Assembly (NCBI RefSeq): GCF_001194135.2
Contig: NC_068995.1
Span: forward strand, 28,526,086 to 28,576,607
DNA from: Octopus bimaculoides
Lineage: Eukaryota
Length of the DNA stretch: 50,522 nucleotides
Reading direction: 5' to 3'
Positions 49,801 to 50,522 of this stretch are shown piece after piece. A model generated the notes under the pieces. That model did no database searches. It saw only the letters and a program-made list of their open reading frames with translations, and was not told the origin of the DNA. Within the stretch, counting starts at the first letter, position 1. Each line of letters begins with the position of its first letter. The position numbers and the translations under genes were made by a program.

Positions 49801-50522
49801 AATAAATCCTGCAATTGCTATAAGAGTAGCCTTGTGACTGACCTGCGTCGCATTTAGTAAGAATTTTGTATTTCCAGACGTTTAAACGCTACGGAAATCA
49901 TACAAACAGCAGCCTGGAGGATTTAGAAATTCTTAAACTTTTACATACATACATGATGGCTGCAAACTCGTGTTCGTGTGTTGCCATCATCTGATAGAAA
50001 GTCCCGTACATGCAAAGGTTACGACCGGCCATTTTTGTGATGATTTTTTATGGCGGGGAAAGGATTTGCACAAATCCAACCCCACTCTCTGAACATGGAC
50101 AACATAAGCTCGAAAAGAAGAACTAGTCTACATCATCGAATATTGTCAGTGTCACAGGTTTTTTCTCAGAGTTTCCCCTCTTAGAGAGATGTTGTAACTG
50201 TTATATGGACTGTTAGATATGTAATTCGTCTGACGTTCCGTGTGTCATGTGGTTCGTCTGAGTTCATTGTTTCATTGTTGTTGTCTTGTGGGACTGTCGT
50301 AGTAAAATGTCATTGATATATATATGGCGGACATGACTTTTGTTTATTCATAACGAACATTGGGTGAGTGCGTTCTTTGTATGTAATTGAACAATAAATG
50401 TAATAATTAAATTGTATAACTCGTTGTGTTATCTCTGCGAGTCACCTGAGGGAAACATAACAGAGTTTATTGGCGTCGCCGGTAGGATACATGCTTACTT
50501 TACCGTAAAATTATTCATCGTA

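Noticed and set aside
50446-50522. GTAAG...CCCTCAG 53-nt intron-like segment on the minus strand at the window edge
   Set aside because: The spliced frame from the visible ATG stops at once, and the context is cut off by the window end.

Overview
AT-rich, repeat-dense eukaryotic DNA with six N gaps. The SINE, RTE and Penelope families and the microsatellites look like an octopod (Octopus-type) draft assembly; this is an inference. The only host gene I can support is CHMP2B (ESCRT-III) on the minus strand: exon 1 at 31593-31629 and exon 2 at 15719-15810 splice in frame to MSGIFSKKPTIQQQIRQNEQITRKTQRDLARDRTALERQEKQL. Intron 1 is about 15.8 kb and I found no later exons. The rest is transposon debris: Penelope-like elements, RTE and R4/Dong LINEs, SINEs, a mariner, other Tc1/mariner and Chapaev-like relics, a long-TIR MITE family, LTRs and a CsRn1-type Gypsy. 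Best leads: (1) a 4-unit tandem array of tRNA-Trp primer-binding-site-like repeats behind an LTR; (2) two minimal type I hammerhead ribozyme motifs in CHMP2B intron 1, one on the pre-mRNA strand; (3) an open Gypsy gag with an intact -1 frameshift cassette but a ruined pol, divergent from the CHMP2B promoter; (4) CpG decay in repeat copies inside but not outside the gene. Most repeat boundaries are approximate (tens of bp). No searches or folding programs were run.
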